Assembly (NCBI GenBank): GCA_963834385.1
Contig: CAWIBO010000003.1
Span: 288,001-352,000, forward strand
Direction: 5' to 3'
Source of the DNA: an uncultured Verrucomicrobiae bacterium
GTDB lineage: Bacteria > Verrucomicrobiota > Verrucomicrobiia > Chthoniobacterales > UBA10450
Length of the DNA: 64,000 nt
Program-made: the position numbers and the translations under genes
Notes under the pieces: generated by a model
Databases searched by the model: none
What the model saw: only the letters and a program-made list of their open reading frames with translations
What the model was told of the DNA's origin: nothing
Part shown: in pieces, positions 31,775-41,928 of the stretch
How the letters are laid out: every line of letters starts with the position of its first letter
Numbering within the stretch: the first letter of the stretch is position 1

Positions 31775-31855
31775 GTTCCCCCCTGTTCGTCATCCCGAGC
31801 AAAGCGAGGGACCTCCCAAACAACCATCCAGCAACGCTTCAGAAAACGCGCTGCG
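31775..31855 (+). repeat. ~80-bp REP-containing element (core GTCATCCCGAGCAAAGCGAGGGACCTC)
   Basis: Aligns by eye with the reverse complement of 55392-55478 and of 55582-55655. Confidence 0.8.
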
Positions 31856-31920
31856 AGAACTACAACGCAGGAACGGAATCGCGCAGTGATTCCTGGGTCT
31901 CAAATGATTCCTGTGCCACC

Positions 31921-32340
31921 TTGGTAGTACGAGTGACAATCAAAACGTTTTATTTAGCAACGTACCTTTTCTTCTATCGCTTGGGTCGAAGCTCGTGGTC
32001 TGACAGTGCCAACGTCGCCAAGGCGATTGGGGCCATTACATATCTGGAAGCAATGTTGCTCTTAGGAATCAGTGCGTGGGTGTTCTACTTCTTAAATTCC
32101 CGGCTCATCCTGGAGATTTCAAAACTACAGGTCTTGATCGCGTTCGCCCTGACAGGTTTCGCGAACTATTATTACCTTATAGTGCGACAGGAAGGGGAGC
32201 GGTTTGAATCGGAGTTCAACAATTTTCCTCCCCGGCAACGCTCCGGGCTTTTTCTCCTATGTCTTCTCTTCTCGCTGTTTGCCATTGTATTCGCGATAGG
32301 TTCCGGAGCGTATGTCCATTCACAGTGGAGTTCACGATGA
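31921..32340 (+). CDS. Hypothetical small membrane protein, AT-rich compared with neighbours
   Basis: Three hydrophobic segments; visibly lower GC. Confidence 0.6.
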   Translation: MVVRVTIKTFYLATYLFFYRLGRSSWSDSANVAKAIGAITYLEAMLLLGISAWVFYFLNSRLILEISKLQVLIAFALTGFANYYYLIVRQEGERFESEFNNFPPRQRSGLFLLCLLFSLFAIVFAIGSGAYVHSQWSSR

Positions 32341-32494
32341 ACGCAGGAAAGAAAGATCCTCGCGATTATTTTCCCGATCGAATTTCTGTTACCACCACCC
32401 ATACCGAAACTGGGACCGATTAGTTGCTCCGGGGCACCGGGGAGCAAGTCTCCACTGCGGTATGCAATATTAACGATATAGACGCGACCCCCGA

Positions 32495-32676
32495 GTCCTC
32501 TCCGTGGCGATGCACCTGATGTGGGAGCACTGCGGGATGAGCCTGCGGGAGATTGGCGACTATTTTGGCGGGGTAAACGATCAGGCGGTGGCGCAACGGC
32601 TCAAAAGAGCCCGGAACGACGCCGCAGAGATTCCGCGGCAACTGCGTGATGAAATATCAAAAATATGACGCGACCC
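32495..32676 (+). pseudogene. C-terminal HTH fragment resembling a REP-associated tyrosine transposase (RAYT) tail
   Basis: VAMHLMWEHCGMSLREIGDYFGGVNDQAVAQRLKR...EISKI* (DnaA_C-like HTH), bounded by GACGCGACCCC at 32481 and 32667. Confidence 0.55.
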
Positions 32677-32798
32677 CGAAACCCATGCGGTCGAAAAATC
32701 CGCTTTGGGACCTCGGACCATCGCTCCAGGCCGGCGGATGGTTACGCGTCATAAGTATTATATTTACCCCCGGAACGAAAGTGGGTAGCAGCCGTTCC

Positions 32799-35533
32799 AT
32801 GAGTGAACGATTCGGAAGGGCTTTCCTGCTTGTCGCCGCAGCGCAGTTGCTTTTTTTTCGCCGCCCCAGTTTTCGGCGCCCTCATTGAGACGAACGGTGC
32901 ACTTGATTCCACCTTTGATCCGGGACGGATCACCAATGGGCAGGTCAATGCCTGTTTCCTGCAGGCCGATGGCAAGCTGGTTATTGCGGGCCAGTTCGCC
33001 AAAGTGAATGGAATCACGCGGGGCAACATTGCCCGCCTGAATCCGGATGGCAGCCTTGACGCTTCCTTTGCGGCCGGAGCGGGCACGAACGGTTCCATCA
33101 GCAGCATCGTCGCCCAGCCCGATGGCAAGTTTGTCATCACCGGATTTTTCTCAACCTATGATGGCGTCTCGCGTTTGTCCGGAGCAGCGCGTCTGAACGC
33201 GGACGGGAGCCTTGATGCCTCATTTGATCCCGGTGCCGTCCTCGGGGAAGACGCCACTGAAAACCCATCCGCGCCCGGCACTCCGCTCCATCCCGGGGCG
33301 GTCGCCAGCGCGACTCTGCAACCGGACAACAAGATTGTCGTGACCGGCTATTTCTACCGAGCTTTCACAGGCCCCGCTACCTCCGTGTCTCGTTCGGGCA
33401 TCGCCCGATTCAACGCAGATGGCTCCTTTGACCCAACCTTCGATCCGGGAACCGGTCTGGTCCTGACCAGCAGCCCCGGTTCTGAACAGGGCAGCTTTAT
33501 CGTGGCGCAGAGCGATGGGAGACTTGTGGTCGAAGGCAATTTCAACCAGTATAACGGCAACAGCACTCCAGCCGGTTTTGCCCACATCGAAGCAGACGGT
33601 GCCTACAACGCTTCCTTCTCAGTCGGGGTGGGTGCTTCCTGGACAAACGTGGCGGGCCTGTTCGTGCAGCCGGACGATCACATCGTCGTCTATGGCAACT
33701 TCACTCTTTTCAACGGCGTAGCCCGGAACGGCATTGTTCGCCTCGATAAAACCACCGGCGCAGTTGATGCCGGGTTCTCCACTCCTCCCTTTAGTGATTA
33801 CGCCGACATCGGCACCATTCAGGGGATGACGCGGCAGGCGGACGGTAAGTTCGTTGTCTTCGGCGCCTTCCACACATTCGACGGCGTGGCCTCGAACGGA
33901 ATGGCCCGTCTGGAAACGACCGGCGCGCGCGATCTTTCCTTCAATGCCACCGACGGGGTCGGCCCTAACGGGTACACCTTTTGCGGCGCGGTGCGTCCCA
34001 GTGACGGCCACATCTTTGTCGGCGGATATTTTTCCACCTTCGGCGCCGGCCCGGCCAAACGAAACAACATTGCCCTCGCCACTGCGACCGGCCTGATCGA
34101 CACAGCTTTCGCGCCACCAGACGGCTGCACCGACGGTCTCCCGCAGGTGCTTGTGATTACCGTTCAGGGCGATGGCAAAGTCATTGTTGGCGGCATCTTC
34201 ACCTCCGTGCAGAACGAGCCGCATTACAATTTCGTCAGGCTCAATCCGAATGGAACGATTGATCCCACCTTCAACGTCACCGCCGGGACGAGCCGGTCCG
34301 TGCGCGCCCTCGTTGTCCAGCCGGATAACCAGATTTTGATCGCCGGACAGTTTGGCGGGATCAATGGGGTCCCGGCCGGCCGCGTGGCCCGATTGAATCC
34401 TGACGGGACGATCGACGGCACCTTCAACGCCGGGACCGGGGCGGACAATATCATCTACGCCATGGCGCGGGACGCCGCGACCGGCGCGGTTTATCTCGGC
34501 GGCGACTTTTTTAACGTGAACGGGACCGCGCGGACCCGCCTGGCCAAACTGAGCTCAGCCGGCGTCCTCGATGCCACCTTCGATCCTGGGACCGGACCCA
34601 GCAGCACGGTCCGGGCCGTCACCGCGCCGAACGGATCGGCCGGGCCCGGTCATCGGCGGAAGTTTCACCTCCTATGCCGGAACTTCCGCTCTTCGGATCG
34701 CCCGAGTTGATGCCACCACTGCAGCTTTCGACGCCGCTTTCAAGACGGCCCTGGGCACGGGGCCAAACTCCGTCACACGGGGAGTCCAGCTGGGAAGCGA
34801 CGGGAAATATACGATCGGCGGTAATTTCAGCAGCGTTTCTGGCGTGAGCCGCAGTCGAATCGCCCGCCTGGAAAGCACCGGAGCCCTCGACACCGGCTTT
34901 GTGCCAAGTCCCTCGTTTGTTGGAACACCTGTCTTTAGCCTTTACCTCCAGGACACCAAGGTGTTCGCCGGAGGGACTTTCACCGGCCCGGGTAATCAAC
35001 TTGCGCGCTTCCTTTCCACGGGAGCTGCGGACACCTCCTTCTCGACCGGCATCGGCGCGACGATCGCCCCGGCCGCCTCCATCAGCAGCATCGCTTCGGT
35101 TAATGCGCTCACCGCGCAGGGCGATGGAAAGTTTTATGTCGGCGGAACTTTTAACCATTATGACGGGCAGCCGCGTTCCTGCCTCGCCCGGCTTTGGAAT
35201 TCCAACTACAAGTTTACCTCCAGCACGATCACCGCGGGCGGACATGTCACCCTGACGGGCGTTGGCGTGCCCGGCGCGCTCAACCATGTGGAGGCGGCCC
35301 CGGCCATCACCGGGCCCTGGACGGAGATCGCTACGGTCGCCGTCGATGGCATGGGGAATTACCTGTTCGAGGAGGACGTGAACCTTGCTCTCAACCCGAC
35401 TCGGTTCTACCGGATGACCGTCACGGCGGCCGCCCCGGCCCGCAGGGGACGGCGCGAGACGATCGCTTCGGGAACAATCCAGACGAAGACGGCCTCCCGG
35501 CCGAGCCAGCGCAAGAGCAGCGGCCGAAAGTAG
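32799..35533 (+). CDS. Secreted delta-60 repeat (beta-propeller) protein; frameshifts at the 32851-32858 T-run and near 34650
   Basis: Repeated QxDGKxxxxGxF...IARLNxDGxLDxxF units; signal peptide MSERFGRAFLLVAAAQLLFF; C-terminal TRFYRM domain. Confidence 0.88.
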
Positions 35534-35534
35534 G

Positions 35535-36083
35535 CTAAATCATGCCGAGCTTCATGCGCCCGGCTTCGCTGATCATGTTCTGGTTCCAGGGCGGGTCCCA
35601 GACCAGGTCCACCTGCGCTTCGTCCACGCCGTCGATGCTCAGGATCTTGCTCTGGGCGTCGTGCGCAATGGCCGGGCCCATCCCGCAGCCGGGCGCGGTC
35701 AGCGTCATTTTCACCTCGGCCCGGGTGCCGCCTTCCGGCTTGTTGATTAGCTTGCAATCGTAGACCAGGCCGAGGTCCACGATGTTGACCGGGATTTCCG
35801 GGTCAAAACACTGGCGGAGCTGATCCCAGACCGCTTCCTCAGAGACGGGACCGTCCGCGGCCGGCTTTTTCACCTCGCCGTTCTGCGGTTTTTCCAAGCC
35901 AAGAGCGTCGAGATCTTTCTCCGCCACGCGCGCCAGGCCCTGCGGCGTGGCAATGGTATAACTGCCGCCGAGTGTCTGGGTGATGACTCCCTGCATGCCC
36001 GCCGGCAGTGTGATGATCTGGCCACTGGGAATCTGGATCGCTTCCATTTCGCGGCTCAGGGTGAATTCGGTGTTCTCGTGCAT
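35535..36083 (-). CDS. sufT: Fe-S cluster assembly protein SufT
   Basis: TQTLGGSYT, CFDPEIPVNIVDLGLVY, MTLTAPGCGMG, VWDPPW. Confidence 0.92.
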   Translation of the reverse strand: MHENTEFTLSREMEAIQIPSGQIITLPAGMQGVITQTLGGSYTIATPQGLARVAEKDLDALGLEKPQNGEVKKPAADGPVSEEAVWDQLRQCFDPEIPVNIVDLGLVYDCKLINKPEGGTRAEVKMTLTAPGCGMGPAIAHDAQSKILSIDGVDEAQVDLVWDPPWNQNMISEAGRMKLGMI

Positions 36084-36095
36084 AAGTGGGATTCG

Positions 36096-36584
36096 TCAGG
36101 GTTTTTTCTGGGCAAAGACGACTTTGATTTTTCCGTCCGGCTGGGGAGCGAGCTGATCGATCAGGGTGGGTGAAGTGGCACTGGCTTTAACCGGTGCCGG
36201 ATCGGCTCCGCCCTCGAGCGCGTTGCGCAAGGCGCTTTCCACCAGTTGCGCGCAATGGATTCGCACCGGCGGGAGCGCGCCCAGCGGGGCCGCCATTTCC
36301 TCGCCCGACAGCGCCTTCGCTTCGCTCACGGTTTTGCCCGCGAGCATCTCCGTGGCCATGCTCGCCACGGCAATGGCGGTCTGGCAGCCGAACGACTGGA
36401 AGCTCGCCCGGTCAATGATCTTCCGGCCGTTCTCCTCCTTGAACTTGATCCACATCCGCAACATGTCGCCGCAATCGGCGTTGCCCACCGTGCCCACGGC
36501 GTCGGCGTCCGCCATCTCGCCCATGTTGCGCGGATTCTTCAGCGCTTCCTCGATGCGCCCCTGCAATGCGGCGTCGTCGCTCAT
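36096..36584 (-). CDS. iscU: Fe-S scaffold protein (IscU/NifU N-terminal type)
   Basis: NPRNMG, GNADCGD, FGCQTAIA, LPPVRIHC (three conserved Cys). Confidence 0.88.
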   Translation of the reverse strand: MSDDAALQGRIEEALKNPRNMGEMADADAVGTVGNADCGDMLRMWIKFKEENGRKIIDRASFQSFGCQTAIAVASMATEMLAGKTVSEAKALSGEEMAAPLGALPPVRIHCAQLVESALRNALEGGADPAPVKASATSPTLIDQLAPQPDGKIKVVFAQKKP

Positions 36585-37129
36585 GTTCGTTCCACGTGAT
36601 AGCGCGAAATCTTCGGGTCCACCTCGACGCTCCAGGCGTCGATGCCGCCCCGGAGACTTTTCACGCGGGTAAATCCGTGCCCTTGAAAATAAGCGGCCGC
36701 ATCGAGGCTGCGCGTTCCCTCGTGATCGTAAATGACGATCAACACCCCGTCGCCCGGGGCGATCTTTCCCATCGTTTCCTGGGTGAAAAGCTCGGCGCCC
36801 TCGATCCGGACCGCCTCGAATTCCTCGCGCGTCCGCACATCGAGCAGGCGCACCGCTTCGCCGGCCTGCAATTTTTCCGCCAGCTCCCGCGGCTCGATCT
36901 GCATGGCCCGGTCGGCGCTGTCGCTCTCCGTGATATGCTCGATTACTTCGTCCACCGGCAGGCTTTCATTGCGCCGGCAGACCGCCGCCAGCGTCTCCTC
37001 CGGCGCGAAGCCGCAACTGCTGCACCCGCCAATGTGGTAGCGCCGAAAAAGCGCGCGTTGCGCCCCCGGATAACGCTCGAGGAGCTCCCGCATGGTGATT
37101 TCCGGGTCGATGGTGGATGCCGTCTGCAT
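36581..37129 (-). CDS. Cys-rich N-terminal domain plus rhodanese-like domain
   Basis: IGGCSSCGF...ETLAAVC; LLDVRTREEF, SLRGGIDAWS. Confidence 0.85.
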   Translation of the reverse strand: MQTASTIDPEITMRELLERYPGAQRALFRRYHIGGCSSCGFAPEETLAAVCRRNESLPVDEVIEHITESDSADRAMQIEPRELAEKLQAGEAVRLLDVRTREEFEAVRIEGAELFTQETMGKIAPGDGVLIVIYDHEGTRSLDAAAYFQGHGFTRVKSLRGGIDAWSVEVDPKISRYHVERT

Positions 37130-37200
37130 GGCAACGCCAAACTACGGGAGCGGAGAGAATCCGCAAGATGGCAGCCGGCGCGGCCTGCGGCGTGCCCCTG

Positions 37201-38448
37201 CTAAAGTTTGGCCGGATCTTGCAGCAGCTCGGCCACCTTTTGCAACAGTCGCCCAGCGCCGCCGCCGTCCAGGCTGCGGTGATCGAAACTCAGCGTTAAT
37301 TCGGCCTGCGTGACCGGCTCAAAATTCTTCTTTTCCCCATTCCAGACCGGCGCTTTTTTGCCCGCCCCCATTCCCAGCAGAAGTGTCTGGTCGGGGAGCG
37401 GAATCGGCGTGCCCCAGTCGAGCCCAAAGGTGCCGAAGTTTGAAACCGAGGCGATGCCGCCACTGGTCATGTCGGAGGTCACCCGCCGCCGCCGGGCCAG
37501 CTCCACCAGCTCGGTATATTTCGCGGTCAGATCGGCCAGCGAGGTTTTGTCCGCCTGCCGGATCACCGGCACCATGATGCCGTCCTGCGCTTCCACCGCC
37601 ACGCCAATGTCGATCGATTCGGAACGCACGGCGCGATTGCCGATCAGTCGCGCGGCTGCCGCCGGGTTTTCCGCCAGGGCAAGGGCCAGCGCGCGCAGCG
37701 CGTAAAGTGCCGGGCCCGGTTTTGGATCGCGCTTTTTGCGGTCCTCCAGCACCGGATCAAGCGAAACCGCGAGCCCGACGGTGGCCAGCGGCCGTGTCCA
37801 GCTCCGGCGCATGGCGTCGGCCACGCCCGTGCGAATGGCGCTGACGTCCTCCGCGGTCTGCTGGTCGAGGTTGCCCAGGAATGTTTCCAGGTCTTTCACC
37901 GTGACCCGTCCGGCCTGGCCGCTTCCGGCAATCCCGGCGAGATCGGCCTGCGTCAGGCGCAGCTCGGCCATGCGCGCGCGCATCCGCGGCGAAAGATAAC
38001 CGGCGCCCCGGGCCGAGGCCGGCACCGGGAGGCCGCCTTCGCCTTCGAACGAGCCGGTCGGCACCCGTCGCAGCTCGGTTTTGTCGACCTGGAAATGGGA
38101 GCCGCTGCCGTTCCCATCCGTTTCCTCCTCGCGCCCCGGCACCTCCTTCGCGACTTCGCCCTTGGGCGGCGCGGGCTTCTTTTTCACCAGGCGCGCGGCG
38201 TCGGCTTCGCTCGCCTCGATGTAACCGAGGACGGCGCCGACCGAATAAACCTTCTTCACTTCCGCCTCGATCTTCGCGACCTCGCCGGCGCAGGGCGTGG
38301 TCACGCCCATGACCGCCTTGTCGGTCTCGACCTCGATGATTTCCTGGTCGGCCGCGACCTTGTCGCCCGGCTTCACCTTGATCGTGACGATGGTGGCCTC
38401 GGCCATGGATTCGCCGAGCTGCGGCATGGTGATGGGAACTTGCGGCAT
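37201..38448 (-). CDS. 2-oxoacid dehydrogenase E2 (dihydrolipoamide acyltransferase)
   Basis: MPQLGESM, EVETDKA lipoyl site, IAGSGQAGRVT, LSFDHRSLDG. Confidence 0.92.
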   Translation of the reverse strand: MPQVPITMPQLGESMAEATIVTIKVKPGDKVAADQEIIEVETDKAVMGVTTPCAGEVAKIEAEVKKVYSVGAVLGYIEASEADAARLVKKKPAPPKGEVAKEVPGREEETDGNGSGSHFQVDKTELRRVPTGSFEGEGGLPVPASARGAGYLSPRMRARMAELRLTQADLAGIAGSGQAGRVTVKDLETFLGNLDQQTAEDVSAIRTGVADAMRRSWTRPLATVGLAVSLDPVLEDRKKRDPKPGPALYALRALALALAENPAAAARLIGNRAVRSESIDIGVAVEAQDGIMVPVIRQADKTSLADLTAKYTELVELARRRRVTSDMTSGGIASVSNFGTFGLDWGTPIPLPDQTLLLGMGAGKKAPVWNGEKKNFEPVTQAELTLSFDHRSLDGGGAGRLLQKVAELLQDPAKL

Positions 38449-39431
38449 AAATGTAGTTCGGCGCAGGATTTTTCGCGCCTTCTCGGCGATGACCTTCGCG
38501 TTGGGGCGATGCGTGCCGACCAGAGGTTGGGGTGATAGGGGATGGGCGTGTCCTTCGCGTTCAGCGCGGCGCGGGCGCGGCATCGAGCAGGTGAAAGCCT
38601 TCGGTGGCCACGCGCGCGATGACCTCGGCGGTGACGCCGCCCCAGGGAAAGGATTCGCCCACGCAGAGCAACCGGCCGGTGCGCGCGACGGACGCAAGGA
38701 CGGTGTCGGTATCGAGCGGCTTGACCGTGCGCAGGTCGACGACTTCGATCTCGAAGCCGTCGCCGCTGCAATTCCTCGGCCACGGTCAAGGCCTCGTGCA
38801 CCATGGCGCTGTAGGTGACGATGCGTCAGGTCGCGCCCGGGCCGGACGATGCGCGCTTTGCCGATCGGCATCACTTCCTTCGGCAGGGCGTCGGCCTTGA
38901 GATGGTAATAAAGATACTTGTGCTCGCAGTAGATCACCGGGTCGTCGATCGAGACCGCCTCGATCAGCATGGAATAGGCGTCCTCCACCGTGGCCGGGGT
39001 CATCACGACCAGCGCCGGGATAGTGCGCATAGATCGCTTCCATGCTCTGGCTGTGGAAAGGCCCGCTCCCTGTCGTGCCGCCGCGAGGGCAGCCGCACCG
39101 TGATCGGGCAGGGAACTTCGCGTGCGCCAAAAGTGCGTGCCGCGTGGTTCACGATCTGGTTGAAGGCCACGCTCGAGAAATCGGCGAACTGCATCTCCAC
39201 GATCGGCCGCATCCCCTCGATGGCGGCGCCGATGGCGGTGCCGACCATGGCATCCTCGCTGATCGGCGTGTTCAGGACGCGCCCCGGGAATTCCGTGGCC
39301 AGACCTTTGGTGGCCTTGAAGGCGCCGCCGAATTTTCCGGCAATGTCCTGGCCGTAGATGAAAACGCGGTCGTCCGTGCGCAACAGGTGTTCCTGCGCGG
39401 ACCGGATCGCTTCCAGGTAGGTGACACTCAC
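38449..39431 (-). CDS. 2-oxoacid dehydrogenase E1 beta; several frameshifts, 3' end approximate
   Basis: TYLEAI, YGQDI, GGAFKAT, NTPISE, EMQFADF, GPFHSQS, DPVIYCEHKYLY spread over frames. Confidence 0.88.
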
Positions 39432-40459
39432 GGCAGAGGATCCAAAAGGCGCCGCGTCGCGAGCGCGCACCAGTCTTCCTCCCCGCCCTCCGGCGCGGGA
39501 TCGTTCTGGGCGGTCGCGACCGCTTCCTCGACTTCGGCCGCGACTTCCGCGCGCCATTCCTTGAGCTTTTCCGCGTCGGCCAAACCGTGCTCGAGGATGA
39601 ATTTTTCCGTCAGGGGCAGCGGGTCCTGCGCAAACTTTTCCTTCTTGATCTCCGGCGCGACGTAACTGGCGTCATCGTGTTCGCCATGCCCGGCCAGGCG
39701 CAGGGTCGAGGCGACCACGAGCTGGGGCGGGCCGCCGGCACGGGCGCGTTCCACCGCGCCCCCGATGACCTCGAGGCATTCGCCGAGGCTGGTGCCATCG
39801 AGGGAATGCCCTTCGTAGCCATAGCCGACCGCGCGATCGACCAGGTCGGCACAGGCGAACTCGCGATCGTTCGGCGTCGAGTAGGCGTAATGATTGTTCG
39901 TGGCCACGAGGACGAACGGCACTTTCTCCACCGCCGCCATGTTCATCCCCTCGTGCGTCGCGCCGGTCTGCATCCCGCCCTCGCCGATGGTGGTCAGACC
40001 GACAAAATTCTTTTCGCCCTTCATCTTTTTGGCGAGGAGCACGCCCACCACCACCGGGATGAGCGAGCCGAGATGGCTGATCATGGCCAGTTGTCCCTGG
40101 CGCGGACGGCCCCGGTGGATGTTGCCGTCGCGGCCGCGCATCGGTCCCTGGCGCGAGCCGAGGTAGGTGCGGGTGACGTCGACCAGCGGTTCGCCAAAGG
40201 CGGCCCGCCCGGCCTGGTCGCGGATGAGCGGCCCAAAGACGTCGCCTTTTTTCAGGAAAAGGCCGCAGGCGGTGCTGACCGCTTCCTGGCCGCGCCCGAT
40301 GTAAACGCCGCCGGTGATCATGCCGCCGCGATAAAGGCTGGCCAGCTTGTCCTCCAGCACGCGCGTTTGCAGCATCACCCGGTAGGCTTCCAGATAGCGC
40401 GGGTGCGGCGCCTTTTTCCCCGAGGTGCTCTTCTCCTTCGGTGGCGCGGTCTGCAGCAT
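39428..40459 (-). CDS. 2-oxoacid dehydrogenase E1 alpha (TPP-binding)
   Basis: YIGRGQEA, GEGG...HEGMNMAA...NNHYAYST, RLAGHGEHD. Confidence 0.92.
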   Translation of the reverse strand: MLQTAPPKEKSTSGKKAPHPRYLEAYRVMLQTRVLEDKLASLYRGGMITGGVYIGRGQEAVSTACGLFLKKGDVFGPLIRDQAGRAAFGEPLVDVTRTYLGSRQGPMRGRDGNIHRGRPRQGQLAMISHLGSLIPVVVGVLLAKKMKGEKNFVGLTTIGEGGMQTGATHEGMNMAAVEKVPFVLVATNNHYAYSTPNDREFACADLVDRAVGYGYEGHSLDGTSLGECLEVIGGAVERARAGGPPQLVVASTLRLAGHGEHDDASYVAPEIKKEKFAQDPLPLTEKFILEHGLADAEKLKEWRAEVAAEVEEAVATAQNDPAPEGGEEDWCALATRRLLDPLP

Positions 40460-40536
40460 CCCCCGATCTTCCTCTCTGGCGGAATGCGGCGCAAAAAGTT
40501 TTTTAACGCGGTCGCGAGCCGGCGACGCCGGCGCCG

Positions 40537-41826
40537 CTACTTCGCCGGCCCGGTGAACCGGTCGAGCAGGATGGCCACGAGCATGTCGCTCATCACGTTC
40601 ACCCCCGACCGCATGCGCGCGAGAATCCAGTCGACCGGCAAAATGAGCGGGATCGCCAGGACGATGGCTTCGTCCGGCAGACCGGCCGCGGAGAGCACGA
40701 GCGGCAGCACGATCAGGCCGGCTTCCGGGATCCCGGCCACGCCGACCGCGGCCATGAGCGACGCGAGCACGATCACGCCCTGCTGGCCCACGCCGAGGGC
40801 GTAACCGTAGGCCTGCGCGAGAAAGAGCGCGGTCATCGCCTCGTAAAGCGTGATGCCGTCGTTGTTCAGGTTGGTGCCGACGCAGGCCGCCATCCGGGCC
40901 GACGTTTCCGAGACGCCCATTTTTTCCGTGAGACAGCGCAGGGTCACCGGGACCGTGGCCAGGCTGCTGTTGGTAGAAAGACCGGTGACGATGGCGTCGG
41001 CCCCGCGCCCGAGGTAGACGCGGGGCGATTTCCGGCCGACCAGCCAGGCCATGGCCGGGTAGTAGATCAGCGCATGGATCAGCATCCCGGCGAGGATGAT
41101 GAAAAGAAACCCGGCGAGCGCCTGGAAGACCGTCAGGCCCGACCGGCCGACCACCTGGGCGACCACGCCGAAGACGGCGAAGGGCACCAGTTGCACGACC
41201 CAGAACAGCATCTGGATCAAGGCGTGATAAACCGTCTCGATGAAGCGCTCGACCGGTTCCGTGCGCGCGCCGCTGTTTTGTTTCACCCGGCGCAGGGCCG
41301 CGCCGCCGAGCAGACCGAGCAGGACCACGGTGATGACGTTGTTCTTCGCGAAAGGATCAACCAAACTTTCCGGGACGTAGCCGGCGATGTTCGCAATCGG
41401 GTTGAGCGTGGCCTGCGGCAGCGCCCCTTTGTCCGCCCCGGTCTCGTGTTCCACCACGCCGGCGATCTCCGCGATGCGACCCCGCCATTGTTCTCCGGGC
41501 CGCAGCGTGTTCATGAGGGTGAGCCCGATGACAAACGCGACCGAGACGTTCACCAGGCAGATCAGGAGAAGCCAACCGCCGTGCCGCGCGGAAATGTGCA
41601 CCCGCACAAAAGCGTCCAGGATGGCAAAGAGAATGAGCGGGACCGCCAGCGCCTTGAGCAACCGGATGACGAGCATCCCGAGCCGGCCAAGATCGTCCGT
41701 GCGCAGCCCGGGAAAAATTTCGCCGGTGCCGAAGAGAAGTCCGAGCGTCGTGCCCGCGATCACCCCGAGCAGGACACGCAGGTAAAGCGGCAGCCGGGTC
41801 CAGGCAGGGCGATTCGTTTTGGCCAT
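40537..41826 (-). CDS. Dicarboxylate/amino acid:cation symporter (DAACS)
   Basis: STNSSLATVP, NLNNDGITLY, GVAGIP, VDWILARMRSGVNVMSD. Confidence 0.93.
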   Translation of the reverse strand: MAKTNRPAWTRLPLYLRVLLGVIAGTTLGLLFGTGEIFPGLRTDDLGRLGMLVIRLLKALAVPLILFAILDAFVRVHISARHGGWLLLICLVNVSVAFVIGLTLMNTLRPGEQWRGRIAEIAGVVEHETGADKGALPQATLNPIANIAGYVPESLVDPFAKNNVITVVLLGLLGGAALRRVKQNSGARTEPVERFIETVYHALIQMLFWVVQLVPFAVFGVVAQVVGRSGLTVFQALAGFLFIILAGMLIHALIYYPAMAWLVGRKSPRVYLGRGADAIVTGLSTNSSLATVPVTLRCLTEKMGVSETSARMAACVGTNLNNDGITLYEAMTALFLAQAYGYALGVGQQGVIVLASLMAAVGVAGIPEAGLIVLPLVLSAAGLPDEAIVLAIPLILPVDWILARMRSGVNVMSDMLVAILLDRFTGPAK

Positions 41827-41928
41827 CCCGGGCCGAGCCTAGCCGGTCGTCCTGGTTTGTCGGCCTTTTTTCGCGTGGCTGGCCCGCGCAAAGAGTTGCC
41901 CCGAACCCTCCAGCAGGTAGACCACGGG

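Noticed and set aside
32851..32858. Phase-variable T8 tract in the delta-60 gene
   Set aside because: The window-wide indel rate makes a homopolymer error the simpler explanation.
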